This document shows, piece after piece, positions 1-9,699 of a stretch of DNA of 64,000 nucleotides (position 1 is its first letter; each line of letters starts with the position of its first letter). Made by a program: the position numbers and the translations under genes. The stretch is from Candidatus Caccoplasma sp. Its GTDB lineage: Bacteria > Bacteroidota > Bacteroidia > Bacteroidales > G3-4614. Below the pieces are notes generated by a model. That model did no database searches. It had not been told where the DNA came from and saw nothing but the letters and a program-made list of their open reading frames with translations. The stretch covers positions 16,440-80,439 of the forward strand of contig JAZNCN010000001.1 of the NCBI GenBank assembly GCA_045587545.1, in the 5' to 3' direction.

Positions 1-589
1 CAGTAATACTTGGAACCATTATTATTGCATGGTTTCTATTTTCAATTTTATCTTTTTGCTTATATGCTGCAATATTTGCAAATAGTGATAAAACCAACAT
101 TAATACTGCACCAAAGAAACCAACTTTCCTAATATTTATATTTTTAGTGAATATATATGTAAAAATACCTATCAAAAATATCAAAAATGTAATAATGGCA
201 AATAGCGCCCACGCGTTAGATGATGCAATATTTCTGACACTTTCAAACCACACAGATATAAAAGATTTATCTAAAGTATCAATTTTATCAGTTATGTTTG
301 CTCGTGCCATTTCTAAATTTGTTCGTATATCTTCATCTCCGGGCGACATAAGCAAAGCTCGCTCATAGTTTAGAATTGCTTTTGGATAATCTTTTAACTT
401 ATAATATGAATTACCTAAATTATAATATAGTTCGGGCGATACTCCTACGCTATCAGCAAGTGTTTGATATATTAATGCCGCTTTTTTATAATCTTCCTTT
501 GTATAGGCATCTGCAGCCTCTTGCAACGACTGAGCCGATGCGAAAGAGATTGTAAACAATGCAATTATAAATATATATATCTTTTTCAT
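1..589 (-). CDS. batE: BatE-like TPR/membrane protein, N-terminal part (C-terminus lies outside the window)
   Basis: Frame is open from the ATG at 589 to the window edge; it is absent from the ORF track because no stop lies in the window. My translation MKKIYIFIIALFTISFASAQ... gives a signal peptide, a TPR-like YYNLGNSYYKLKDYPKAILNYERAL, then a TM segment. It sits directly downstream of batD, as in Bacteroides bat operons. Confidence 0.6.
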   Translation of the reverse strand, partial: MKKIYIFIIALFTISFASAQSLQEAADAYTKEDYKKAALIYQTLADSVGVSPELYYNLGNSYYKLKDYPKAILNYERALLMSPGDEDIRTNLEMARANITDKIDTLDKSFISVWFESVRNIASSNAWALFAIITFLIFLIGIFTYIFTKNINIRKVGFFGAVLMLVLSLFANIAAYKQKDKIENRNHAIIMVPSIT

Positions 590-596
590 AATATGA

Positions 597-2408
597 TTAT
601 CTGTTTTTTACTACCGACTCCATCTCTCCTATTGCTTCAACAGCCTCTGAATATAGTTTATCCATTGCATCATCTGATTGTGATGGTGCATACTGTGCAA
701 ACTCACATGAATCAATAATATTTATAAATTTTGAAATCAAAGTATTATCTGCTCCAAATCTCATCAATTCTTGCGACACATTATCACGCGATAACTCAGA
801 TACGGGAATTGTCAATTTATCGCTTATATATCCCCAAAGCGCCTTTAATACTTCAGCATAGAACATCTCTTTATTGCGTGCTTTCAAATACTTACCTGCA
901 GATTTTAAACGTTTTGAAGCTACTTTGTTTGCCTTCCTGTTTCTTGAAAGGTCAATATTGGCATTTGCTTTGGCTTGCTTAATGTTTATTATAATGTATA
1001 TAATAAAGATAAGTGTTGGTATTATATAATATAACCAATATGTTATTGAACCGAAAAGAGGTTTTATCTCTTTACTTAACTCAAAATCACCAGATTTAAT
1101 AAATCTTATATCTGTTCCTAAAACTTTTAAATCTTCTTTATCGGTAAATTTTGCAATGGTAGTACCCTCTCCTCCTTCGCCTTTTGCAACAGTTATATTA
1201 TAACTATCTGTTGATATTGTTTTATATGTTCCTGTTGATAAATCGAAATATGAAAATTTTGCTGCAGGTATTGAAAAATCTCCTGCACTACGCGGAATAA
1301 CTGTATATTCAATGGTACGAGTACCGCTTACTCCTGATGTTGTTGTTTTTATATCAACATCGGTTTTGGGGTCATATACCTCAAAATCTCCGGGGAATGA
1401 AATTTCAGGGTCTTTAATATATTTAAGGTTACCCTTACCACTTATCAATAATTTATATGTTAAAGCCTCATTTGCTTTGGGAGTTTTGTTGCTAAGAGAC
1501 GATTTAATTGTAAAACTTCCGACAGCATTTGCAAATGAAGCCGGTTTACCCGATGGTAATGGTTTTACATTTACATTAACCGATTGTGTTGTTATCGATT
1601 TTTCTACATCTTCATAACCTTGCATCATTCCAAAGAAGCCTCTCATTGGACGCACTACTTGAACCGTTACAGTAAATTCACCCTTCGCAATCTCTATTTT
1701 TCCTGACCTCTGAGGATATAATAACGCTCTCTTTATGGCAACTACCTGATAGTTTGTTCCATTATAATGTTCTAACTCCAATTGAGGATTTTGGATTGGA
1801 ATATCTTGTACTACAAAACCATCAAACGACGGAAATACAGCATTATCTAAACTACTGATAGCAGCTGCTTTAGTATAAATTTTTATTGTTGCCAAAATAG
1901 GCTCTTGCTCATACACCGATGTTTTAGATAAAATCAATCTGGCAAACGTTTTATCATCACTGCTTGCTACTTGTTGCGTTGTTGCTTGAGATGAAGAACC
2001 TTGCGACGAAGATGATACATTTTCATCAGGAGGTAAAACCGTAATTGACAATTGGTTTGAAGTGTATTGCTTCCCATCAGATGTTATTGTTGCTGACGGT
2101 ATAGTGTATTTCCCCTCTTTTGAAGCAACTACTGTATATGTATAACTTTCCTCTTTAGTTGATGTGGTTTTACCATTTATAATAGAGAATTGCGAACTTT
2201 GAGAACGAGCAGGGCCATACAAGACATCTAATCCTGTAAATTCAGGCACATTTATATTCTCTCCATCTCCATTAGTAAGGGTAAATACAATCCTAAATCT
2301 CTGTCCTGCAATAACCTGAGCAGGACCTTCTGCCGTAAACTTTGTTTGGGCATACAGGGTTATTGTTGAAAATAATAAGAAAATTACTATTGATATATAT
2401 CTTTTCAT
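597..2408 (-). CDS. batD: BatD (oxygen-tolerance operon protein): signal peptide, large beta-rich periplasmic part, C-terminal TM plus helical tail
   Basis: 603-aa ORF. Size, architecture and position after batA-batB-batC match the BatD family. Confidence 0.75.
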   Translation of the reverse strand: MKRYISIVIFLLFSTITLYAQTKFTAEGPAQVIAGQRFRIVFTLTNGDGENINVPEFTGLDVLYGPARSQSSQFSIINGKTTSTKEESYTYTVVASKEGKYTIPSATITSDGKQYTSNQLSITVLPPDENVSSSSQGSSSQATTQQVASSDDKTFARLILSKTSVYEQEPILATIKIYTKAAAISSLDNAVFPSFDGFVVQDIPIQNPQLELEHYNGTNYQVVAIKRALLYPQRSGKIEIAKGEFTVTVQVVRPMRGFFGMMQGYEDVEKSITTQSVNVNVKPLPSGKPASFANAVGSFTIKSSLSNKTPKANEALTYKLLISGKGNLKYIKDPEISFPGDFEVYDPKTDVDIKTTTSGVSGTRTIEYTVIPRSAGDFSIPAAKFSYFDLSTGTYKTISTDSYNITVAKGEGGEGTTIAKFTDKEDLKVLGTDIRFIKSGDFELSKEIKPLFGSITYWLYYIIPTLIFIIYIIINIKQAKANANIDLSRNRKANKVASKRLKSAGKYLKARNKEMFYAEVLKALWGYISDKLTIPVSELSRDNVSQELMRFGADNTLISKFINIIDSCEFAQYAPSQSDDAMDKLYSEAVEAIGEMESVVKNR

Positions 2409-2435
2409 TTCTGACTTATATTTATATCTAAGATG

Positions 2436-3152
2436 TTACCACTCTTTATCAGTTCTACGGCGTTCTCTCTGCTCCATTAATGCTTTACGTACTTTCTCCT
2501 GGGTATCACGCTCGTCCTGTTGCATAGCATCAAGAATTTGTTGAGCATTCTCTTGCGACATATTTGTTTGTTGTTGCTGTTGTTGCTCATCTTTTTTATC
2601 CTCTTTGTTTTGAGGATTATTTTGTTGCTGCTGTTGCTGTTGTTGTTGCTGTTGTTCTTTTTTATCTTCTTTCTGTTCTTGTTGTTGTTGCTGTTGTTGT
2701 TGCAACATCAATTGAGCCATTCTTAAATTGTATCGGGCATCTTCGTCTTTGGGATTTTGTCTCAATGCGTTTTTATATGCCTCAATACTTTCTGCCACCT
2801 TTTTATCCATTAAATATGAATTACCAAGATTATACCATGCCTCTGATGCTTTTTTGGGGTCGGTTTCAGATATAGCTGCTTTTTTAAACTCCTCTGCCGC
2901 ATCGGCATATTTGCCTTGTTTATAGAGTGCATCGCCCAAATTATAGTTGGCTGTTACAGATGAAGGTGCAGCCTCAAGTGCCTTGCGATAATCAATTTCG
3001 GCTGATACATAATTTTTAGATTCATACTCTTTATTGCCTTTACGAATAGAGGTACGTTCACTCTTATTTCCAGAGTTAGACGAATTGTCATTTTCTGAAA
3101 AAGCGATGCAAGGTATTGCCAATAATAGAGTTGTTATTATAAATGTTTTCAT
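2436..3152 (-). CDS. batC: BatC, TPR protein with Q/E/K-rich low-complexity C-terminal half
   Basis: 238-aa ORF with signal peptide and TPR repeats (YNLGDALYKQGKYADAAEEF, WYNLGNSYLMDKK). Operon position supports the call. Confidence 0.75.
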   Translation of the reverse strand: MKTFIITTLLLAIPCIAFSENDNSSNSGNKSERTSIRKGNKEYESKNYVSAEIDYRKALEAAPSSVTANYNLGDALYKQGKYADAAEEFKKAAISETDPKKASEAWYNLGNSYLMDKKVAESIEAYKNALRQNPKDEDARYNLRMAQLMLQQQQQQQQEQKEDKKEQQQQQQQQQQQNNPQNKEDKKDEQQQQQQTNMSQENAQQILDAMQQDERDTQEKVRKALMEQRERRRTDKEW

Positions 3153-4189
3153 TATTTATCAGTAAAAAAGTTTATTCTCTTAGTTAATTTACTCTTTCCG
3201 TTAAGTATCCATGCATCAACTAATAGAAGAATAAATGCCAATATTGCTAAAATTTGATATTGCTCTTCATAGTCAGAATATACTTTCGACTCTATATCTG
3301 AACCTTTCATCTTTCGTACTTCTGAAACAATTGTTCTTAAAGCACTATTTGAGTTGTCAGCCGAAACATACACTCCGTTTCCTGCCTTAGCCACCTCCTG
3401 TCCTAGTTGCTCATTCAATTTGGTAATAACGACATTACCTTCTCTATCTTTAATAAAATTATTTGAAGAGTTTCCTATTGGAATGGGTGAGCCTTTTGTT
3501 GAACCAACACCGACTACATCAACTCTTATTCCGCGTTTGGCAGCTTCTGTTGCCGCTCCAACGGCATCATCTTCATGGTTTTCAGCATCAGTTATAACAA
3601 TTATGGCTTTATCGGCACTCTCATCTTGAGTAAATGAGTTTGCTGCCAAATTAATTGCTCTACCTATAGAGGTTCCCTGTGTTGGTACCATATTGGTATT
3701 TATGGTTGATAAAAACATCTTTGCCGAAACAAAATCAGATGTAATTGGCAACTGTGTATATGCATCTCCCGCAAATACTACAAGTCCTATCTTGTCATTA
3801 TCCAATTCATCAACAAGTTTTGACAATATCATTTTAGCCCTATCCAAACGTGATGGTGTAATATCTTTTGCCATCATTGAGTTTGAAACATCAAGTACAA
3901 TCTCTATCTCTACTCCCTCTTTTTTTACCGTCTCTAATTTTGAGCCCATTTGCGGACGTGCTATAACAAAAATAAGAAGAATTAAAGCAAGTTGCTGCAA
4001 AAAGAATTTTAGTCCGGGACGATATTTTGAAACCTCAGGCATAAGAGGTTCAATAACCGAACTGAGCCCAAACTTATTTAAATTTTTACGGCGTTTGTAC
4101 TCTCCATATAAAAAGACTCCCCATATTACTACAACAATGAAGAGTAGATATAAATATTGCGGATTTGCAAATCTGAACATAGTTGTCAA
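3152..4189 (-). CDS. batB: BatB, von Willebrand factor A domain membrane protein
   Basis: N-terminal FRFANPQYLYLL motif and TM. VWA MIDAS motif VLDVSNSM. C-terminal TM. Confidence 0.85.
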   Translation of the reverse strand: MTTMFRFANPQYLYLLFIVVVIWGVFLYGEYKRRKNLNKFGLSSVIEPLMPEVSKYRPGLKFFLQQLALILLIFVIARPQMGSKLETVKKEGVEIEIVLDVSNSMMAKDITPSRLDRAKMILSKLVDELDNDKIGLVVFAGDAYTQLPITSDFVSAKMFLSTINTNMVPTQGTSIGRAINLAANSFTQDESADKAIIVITDAENHEDDAVGAATEAAKRGIRVDVVGVGSTKGSPIPIGNSSNNFIKDREGNVVITKLNEQLGQEVAKAGNGVYVSADNSNSALRTIVSEVRKMKGSDIESKVYSDYEEQYQILAILAFILLLVDAWILNGKSKLTKRINFFTDK

Positions 4190-4192
4190 GTA

Positions 4193-5179
4193 TTAAGGAA
4201 TATTTTTTAATATGGTATTTTTCAATAAGATATCGACACACAAAAGCAACATTGCCAATATTGCCCATGGCATAAATCTCTCTTCGCGTTTGCTATACTC
4301 TGTAACAGATAGTTTTGTTTTTTCTAATTTATCTATCTCAGAGAATATATTTTTCAAAGCACTCTTATCTGTTGCCCTGAAATATTCTCCATCTGTTTTA
4401 GCTGCAATCTCTTTAAGAGTATTTTCATCAATCTCTACAGGATAATTCTGGTATTGAATACCATATGGTGTTTGAACAGGGTATGGTGCCATTCCCTGAG
4501 TTCCTACTCCAATGGTATATACCCTAATACCAAATGTCTTTGCAATATCGGCAGCAGTTACAGGGGCAATATCGCCTGCATTGTTTGTTCCATCGGTAAG
4601 TAAAATAATGGTTTTTGACTTTGCCGGTCCCTCTTTTATTCGGTTTATTGCAGTCGCAAGACCATCGCCTATTGCTGTTCGGTCCTCAATCATTCCGCAT
4701 TCAACATCTTTTAAAAGATTTAATAACGCCGAGTGATCTGTTGTCATAGGACACATTGTAAAGCTTTCACCTGCAAATATTACAAGTCCTATATTATCAT
4801 ATGTCCTGCCTGAAATAAATTGGGCTGCTACATCTTTTGCCGCATCAACACGATTGGGTTTAAAGTCACGTGCAAGCATTGAGGTTGAAATATCAAGTGC
4901 AACCACAATATCAATACCCTCTGTTGAACGGTTTGACCAACTATTTGTTGATTGTGGGCGTGCTAAAGCTATAATAAGAGCTGTTAATGCACACACTCGT
5001 AATGCAAAACGCACATGACGAAGATAATATTTATAACTTCGCGGCATTTTATCAAAAGGCATTGTTGTTGACACCTCAATTGAGGCATCGCTCTTATGCT
5101 GTTTTAATATGTACCACACTACAAGAGGTATAATCAACAATAACAACCACAAGTATGCGGGATTTGCAAATATCATCAT
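4193..5179 (-). CDS. batA: BatA, von Willebrand factor A domain membrane protein
   Basis: N-terminal IFANPAYLWLL and TM. MIDAS motif VALDISTSM. C-terminal TM. Confidence 0.85.
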   Translation of the reverse strand: MMIFANPAYLWLLLLIIPLVVWYILKQHKSDASIEVSTTMPFDKMPRSYKYYLRHVRFALRVCALTALIIALARPQSTNSWSNRSTEGIDIVVALDISTSMLARDFKPNRVDAAKDVAAQFISGRTYDNIGLVIFAGESFTMCPMTTDHSALLNLLKDVECGMIEDRTAIGDGLATAINRIKEGPAKSKTIILLTDGTNNAGDIAPVTAADIAKTFGIRVYTIGVGTQGMAPYPVQTPYGIQYQNYPVEIDENTLKEIAAKTDGEYFRATDKSALKNIFSEIDKLEKTKLSVTEYSKREERFMPWAILAMLLLCVDILLKNTILKNIP

Positions 5180-5184
5180 AATAA

Positions 5185-6165
5185 TTACTCTTTACTGTTT
5201 TGGGGTTCCTCTTGTTCTACATCTGGTTGAGGTTTTGTCTCCTCTACAAAATTTATGGCATTACGCATCGAAGCCTCATTATCATCGGGTAAAGGACGCA
5301 TCTTTGCAAATTTTACAAAATCGGCAACTTCCAAAATACTCTTCATATTTTTTTCAACCAGCTTTGTCTCACTATTTGCTCTTAATGATGAGAGTATTTG
5401 GGTTGATGTCATCTCCATTGCATTTATACCAAAACGTAAATCGAGGTATTCACGCAAAATATCAATTAGGCGGGTATAATACAATTTGTCTTGTCCGGCT
5501 TGCCACAACTTCTCCTCTTTTAATTTTAAGAGTTTATCCATTGCCTTTTCGTACGGTGGAATTTGTGGAGCCTCTTGCGCCTTTGCCAATGCCTCTTTTT
5601 TAAAGAATCTTAGATATGCATATACTGCTACGGCTATTAAGAGTAAGACTAAAAGTATAATCCACACATATCCGGGAATAAAATCAAATAATACAAAACG
5701 AGGAGACCATACATCTTTTATATCTTTTAAATCAAGGTTTGTTTGGTCCACTTCAACCGGAACTACCTTCAAACTTAATGGCTCTGTTGCGAATGTATCT
5801 TTATCTAATAGGCACTTTATGGGAGGTATATAATAAAAACCCGAATCAAAAGATGTTATAATTATCTCGCTGTTTATCTGTATCCTATTATTTTTTATAT
5901 CGGTAGTATCTCCCTTAGTTACCGACAACACCTCTACTCCTTTAGTAAGAGTATCGGAAGGAATAAGCATTAATAATTGTGCATCTTTATCTTGAACAAC
6001 CTCTAACTTAATAGATGTTTGCTCTCCCATCCATATCGCAGATGAGTCCATTTTAGCCGATACTACTACACTCTGAGCCATAGCTGAGGTGGTAAATATC
6101 AACGCAAATGCAAAAAGAACTCTTTTTATATTAAAATGCATATAGTTATCAATCTTTATAAACAT
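5185..6165 (-). CDS. Bat-operon membrane protein of unknown function (DUF4381-like position between DUF58 and batA)
   Basis: 326-aa ORF with signal peptide, a central TM (GYVWIILLVLLLIAVAVYAYL) and a helical C-terminus. An alternative start is the internal Met near 6141. Confidence 0.55.
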   Translation of the reverse strand: MFIKIDNYMHFNIKRVLFAFALIFTTSAMAQSVVVSAKMDSSAIWMGEQTSIKLEVVQDKDAQLLMLIPSDTLTKGVEVLSVTKGDTTDIKNNRIQINSEIIITSFDSGFYYIPPIKCLLDKDTFATEPLSLKVVPVEVDQTNLDLKDIKDVWSPRFVLFDFIPGYVWIILLVLLLIAVAVYAYLRFFKKEALAKAQEAPQIPPYEKAMDKLLKLKEEKLWQAGQDKLYYTRLIDILREYLDLRFGINAMEMTSTQILSSLRANSETKLVEKNMKSILEVADFVKFAKMRPLPDDNEASMRNAINFVEETKPQPDVEQEEPQNSKE

Positions 6166-7031
6166 TATCTCTTTTCAAAGAGAGTCATCAATGAGCGAAC
6201 ATAATCTTCATCGGTAGCAATTGATGTAATATCAACTCCACTTTTGCGAGCTGCATCTTGCATGGCATTTTGTCGTGCATTCCACCAATTGTTATATTGT
6301 TCGCGAACTTTCCTTGATGAGGTATCAACCCACACGTCTCCGCCTCTCTCGGCATCTTTAAGTTTTACCAACCCCACATCAGGCAATTCCGCTTCTCGCT
6401 TATCGTATATCTGCAAAGCAACCATATCATGACGGTTATTTGCAATAGTGAGTGCTTTCTGATAATTTTTGGTATCAATAAAATCACTCATCATAAATAT
6501 GGTACAACGTTTTTTAATAGCATTTGTTACATATTCCAAAGCGAGTGCTATGTCGGTTTTGCTATTCTGAGGCGTAAATTCTATTAACTCTCTAATTATA
6601 TACAAAACATGGCGTCGTCCTTTCTTAGGTGGTATGAATTTTTCTACTTTGTCAGAAAAGAATATGACACCTATTTTATCGTTATTCTGAATTGTTGAGA
6701 AGGCAAGGGTTGCTGCAATCTGCGTCATCATCTCCTTTTTAGAGTCTCCTACTGCTCCAAAATTACGACTTGCAGATACGTCAATAAGCAACATTACCGT
6801 AAGTTCTCGCTCCTCCTCAAACACCTTTATAAAAGGTTTGTTATGTCGTGCCGTAACATTCCAATCAATATCGCGAACGTCATCTCCGAACTGATACTCC
6901 CTCACTTCAGAAAATGCCATTCCCCTTCCCTTAAAGGCAGAGTGATATTGTCCCGCAAAGATATTGCGAGACAATCCGCGACTCTTAATCTCAATCTTAC
7001 GGACCTTTTTTAACAATTCGGAAGTCTCCAT
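6165..7031 (-). CDS. DUF58 domain protein (MoxR-associated VWA-like)
   Basis: Motif REYQFGDDVRDIDWNVTAR is typical of DUF58. Lies immediately downstream of moxR. Confidence 0.85.
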   Translation of the reverse strand: METSELLKKVRKIEIKSRGLSRNIFAGQYHSAFKGRGMAFSEVREYQFGDDVRDIDWNVTARHNKPFIKVFEEERELTVMLLIDVSASRNFGAVGDSKKEMMTQIAATLAFSTIQNNDKIGVIFFSDKVEKFIPPKKGRRHVLYIIRELIEFTPQNSKTDIALALEYVTNAIKKRCTIFMMSDFIDTKNYQKALTIANNRHDMVALQIYDKREAELPDVGLVKLKDAERGGDVWVDTSSRKVREQYNNWWNARQNAMQDAARKSGVDITSIATDEDYVRSLMTLFEKR

Positions 7032-7052
7032 CTGTTGATGAACTGTTTTTGA

Positions 7053-8048
7053 TTAGGGAACTTCAACCTTATTAAGAATTTCGCTTATTACCTCTTCTGT
7101 GGTAATATTGTTTGCTTCGGCTTCATAGCTCAATCCTATACGATGACGTAAAACATCGTGACAAACTGCTCGTATATCCTCAGGAATAACATAACCGCGT
7201 TGTTTCAAGAATGCATATGAACGTGCAGCAAGAGCCAAGTTTATTGATGCACGAGGCGAAGCTCCAAATGATATCATATTTTTCAAATCGTTCAACTCAT
7301 AATCTTGAGGGAAACGAGTTGCAAATACAATATCAACAATGTATCTCTCTATTTTTTCATCAATATATACTTTACGAACCACATCTCGTGCTTCAACAAT
7401 CTCAGATGGTTTAATTACAGGTTTCAAATCAAACGATTCACCAGATATGTTTTGACGTATAATCTGTTTCTCCTCCTCTTTTTTAGGATAACCTATAATT
7501 ACTTTCAACATAAAACGGTCAACTTGCGCCTCGGGCAATGGATATGTACCCTCTTGCTCAATGGGGTTTTGTGTTGCCATTACAAGGAAAGGATCATCAA
7601 GTTTATATGTATTTTCTCCAATGGTTACCTGACGCTCTTGCATTGCCTCTAATAATGCACTCTGAACTTTTGCCGGAGCACGGTTAATCTCATCTGCCAA
7701 TACAAAGTTTGCAAATATAGGACCTTTCTTTGACAAGAATTGCTCTTTTGAAGGGCTGTAAATCATAGTACCTACAACATCGGCAGGCAAAAGGTCGGGT
7801 GTAAACTGAATTCGATTATACTTAGCATCAATCAACGATGCCAACGATTTAATAGCCAATGTTTTTGCCAAACCCGGAACTCCTTCCAAAAGAATATGTC
7901 CGTTTGACAACAAACCTATCAATAACGAATCAACAAGGTGTTTTTGTCCTACTATAACCTTGTCCATTCCCATAGTAATTGTATTCACAAAAGAACTTTT
8001 ACTTGCTATAAGTTCGTTAAGTTCACGAATATCAACCATTTGATTCAT
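7053..8048 (-). CDS. moxR: MoxR-family AAA+ ATPase
   Basis: Walker A GVPGLAKT and Walker B/sensor region LADEINRAPAKVQSALLEAMQE. First gene of the bat operon. Confidence 0.9.
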   Translation of the reverse strand: MNQMVDIRELNELIASKSSFVNTITMGMDKVIVGQKHLVDSLLIGLLSNGHILLEGVPGLAKTLAIKSLASLIDAKYNRIQFTPDLLPADVVGTMIYSPSKEQFLSKKGPIFANFVLADEINRAPAKVQSALLEAMQERQVTIGENTYKLDDPFLVMATQNPIEQEGTYPLPEAQVDRFMLKVIIGYPKKEEEKQIIRQNISGESFDLKPVIKPSEIVEARDVVRKVYIDEKIERYIVDIVFATRFPQDYELNDLKNMISFGASPRASINLALAARSYAFLKQRGYVIPEDIRAVCHDVLRHRIGLSYEAEANNITTEEVISEILNKVEVP

Positions 8049-8088
8049 ATCTTATATCTATTTTATAATTAATTTTTCAAAATTGTTA

Positions 8089-8096
8089 CAAAGTTA
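8089..8096 (-). promoter_or_regulatory. Candidate Bacteroidota -7 promoter box TAACTTTG for the moxR-bat operon
   Basis: Matches the TAnnTTTG consensus on the minus strand about 40 bp upstream of the moxR ATG. Confidence 0.35.
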
Positions 8097-8165
8097 GGAC
8101 TATATGCTTAATTTTAACAATTGCGACTGTTAAAAATAACAAATCGCAATTATTAAATGTTATAT

Positions 8166-9239
8166 TTACTCTATTTCATATAATATTTGTCGTTCAAGTT
8201 CCTTAGCTCGTTTTATTGACTCAGGATCTGAGGCATCTATATCATATTTTGATGCATCTGGCACAACAACTTTAAATCCGGCAGGTAAATCTCGGGGATT
8301 CCATATACGACTCTGATTTTCGCGATATATATATACCCAGAATATCTTGTTACCATAATACTCATTTGCAATGGTTGTTAAAAATCTGCCACGTCGTATA
8401 GTTGTTGTTACAGGCTCTTTTACCTGTATTGGAGCTTTTGACTCTTCAACAGAAACAACCAAACTATCAACTTTGTTCTCAACACTATCTACAACTTGTT
8501 GTCCATCTTCTCCCATAATAACTTGTTCGTTACCCGCAACAAGTTTAAATGATGCAAATGATATTGAGAAATCAGAACCTCTTCTATTAAATAGCCACCA
8601 CAAGAACAAGAGCAACAACAAGAATATAACTATAGCAGTGATAAAACCTCCTATATAACCATTACGTGTTCTGCGACGATACTCCTCTTCAAGTTCCCAT
8701 TCATTATATTGTGGAGTTTGTGCGTTTGCTACAATAACAACATTTTCCTCTTGTTTAGGCTGTTCAACAGGCTGAATAGTTTGTCCAACAACATCTTCCT
8801 CTTCAATAGTCTCTTCTGTTTTTGATTGTTGTTCAGATTTAATCTCAACAAGCGGAATATCAGATGCGGATTCAGAAATTTCTTCTTCAACTACCGTTTT
8901 AACTTCTATCTCTTGCTCAATATCAACAATTTCAGTAGTAAAGGCTGCGAAAGGAGCATTTACTGCATCTTTCATTGATTTGTCAGGTGTAAACGATAAT
9001 TTATAGTGTCCCGGTATCTCAATACTCTCCTTTGTATTAACATCAACACTTGTACGTGCATCAACCCAAACGGGAGCAAATGTTCCAACTCCCTTTATAG
9101 TTAAAGTCTCTCCTTTAGAGATAACTTCCGAAGCCAATAAGAAAAACTCCTTAACAAATTGCTCGGTCTCTTTCTTAGTCAATCCGCTCTTCTCAGCAAC
9201 AGAATCAACTATATCCAATATTGTTAGTTTACTATTCAT
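8166..9239 (-). CDS. HU-like DNA-binding domain fused to an acidic linker, one TM helix and a C-terminal LysM-like domain
   Basis: N-terminus LTKKETEQFVKEFFLLASEVISKGETLTIKGVGTF is HU/IHF-like. TM is GGFITAIVIFLLLLLFLWWLF. C-terminus TIANEYYGNKIFWVYIYRENQSRIWNPRDLPAGFKVVVP is LysM-like. Confidence 0.7.
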   Translation of the reverse strand: MNSKLTILDIVDSVAEKSGLTKKETEQFVKEFFLLASEVISKGETLTIKGVGTFAPVWVDARTSVDVNTKESIEIPGHYKLSFTPDKSMKDAVNAPFAAFTTEIVDIEQEIEVKTVVEEEISESASDIPLVEIKSEQQSKTEETIEEEDVVGQTIQPVEQPKQEENVVIVANAQTPQYNEWELEEEYRRRTRNGYIGGFITAIVIFLLLLLFLWWLFNRRGSDFSISFASFKLVAGNEQVIMGEDGQQVVDSVENKVDSLVVSVEESKAPIQVKEPVTTTIRRGRFLTTIANEYYGNKIFWVYIYRENQSRIWNPRDLPAGFKVVVPDASKYDIDASDPESIKRAKELERQILYEIE

Positions 9240-9522
9240 TTGGCTTTATTCCTTTTAATTGGTTCTTAACTGATGTTGATGGCTTGAATGTTAAAACAAT
9301 TTTAGGGGGCACAAGCATCTTACTCCCTGTTGCAGGATTATATATCTCCCTCTCTAATTTCTTTTTAGGCTCAAAATTTCCAAAACCTTTTATAGAGACA
9401 GTATTCATATCTGCACATTGTTCTTTCAAGGTCTTTACCACATAAGACGAGAGGCGCTCGGTACTCTTTTTGTCCCTACCTACCCTCTTTTGAAGAAGTT
9501 CTAAAAATTCTTTATATTCCAT
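9232..9522 (-). CDS. HU family DNA-binding protein
   Basis: 96 aa. VSIKGFGNFEPKKKLEREIYNPATGSKMLVPPKIVLTFKPS is a typical HU beta-arm. The stop overlaps the start of the next gene by 8 nt. Confidence 0.85.
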   Translation of the reverse strand: MEYKEFLELLQKRVGRDKKSTERLSSYVVKTLKEQCADMNTVSIKGFGNFEPKKKLEREIYNPATGSKMLVPPKIVLTFKPSTSVKNQLKGIKPNE

Positions 9523-9561
9523 TATCTCTAATAAATAATCAACAACATAATTGCTAATTTA

Positions 9562-9569
9562 CAAAGATA
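9562..9569 (-). promoter_or_regulatory. Candidate -7 promoter box TATCTTTG for the HU gene pair
   Basis: TAnnTTTG on the minus strand about 40 bp upstream of the ATG at 9522. Confidence 0.35.
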
Positions 9570-9699
9570 GATAAAATATATAAAAGATAAAATATGTAAG
9601 TGAAAAAGTTATTGCGACTATTGTTCGCTATAAGATAAGAGAGCGCATCAAAATTTGAATTTTAAATGCACTCTCTATAATATATTTAGTAAAACAATC

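Noticed and set aside
2520-2925. Plus-strand ORFs with poly-Leu/poly-Val runs (2520-2726, 2564-2875, 2728-2925)
   Set aside because: They are antisense read-outs of the CAA/CAG poly-Q tract of batC. They are low-complexity artefacts.
3693-4196. 167-aa plus-strand ORF within batB, and similar antisense ORFs at 5109-5603, 9950-10423, 18045-18425 and 20945-21424
   Set aside because: Each is fully embedded opposite a gene with strong family motifs. They show no recognisable motifs and have S/I/F-rich composition typical of antisense frames in AT-rich genomes.
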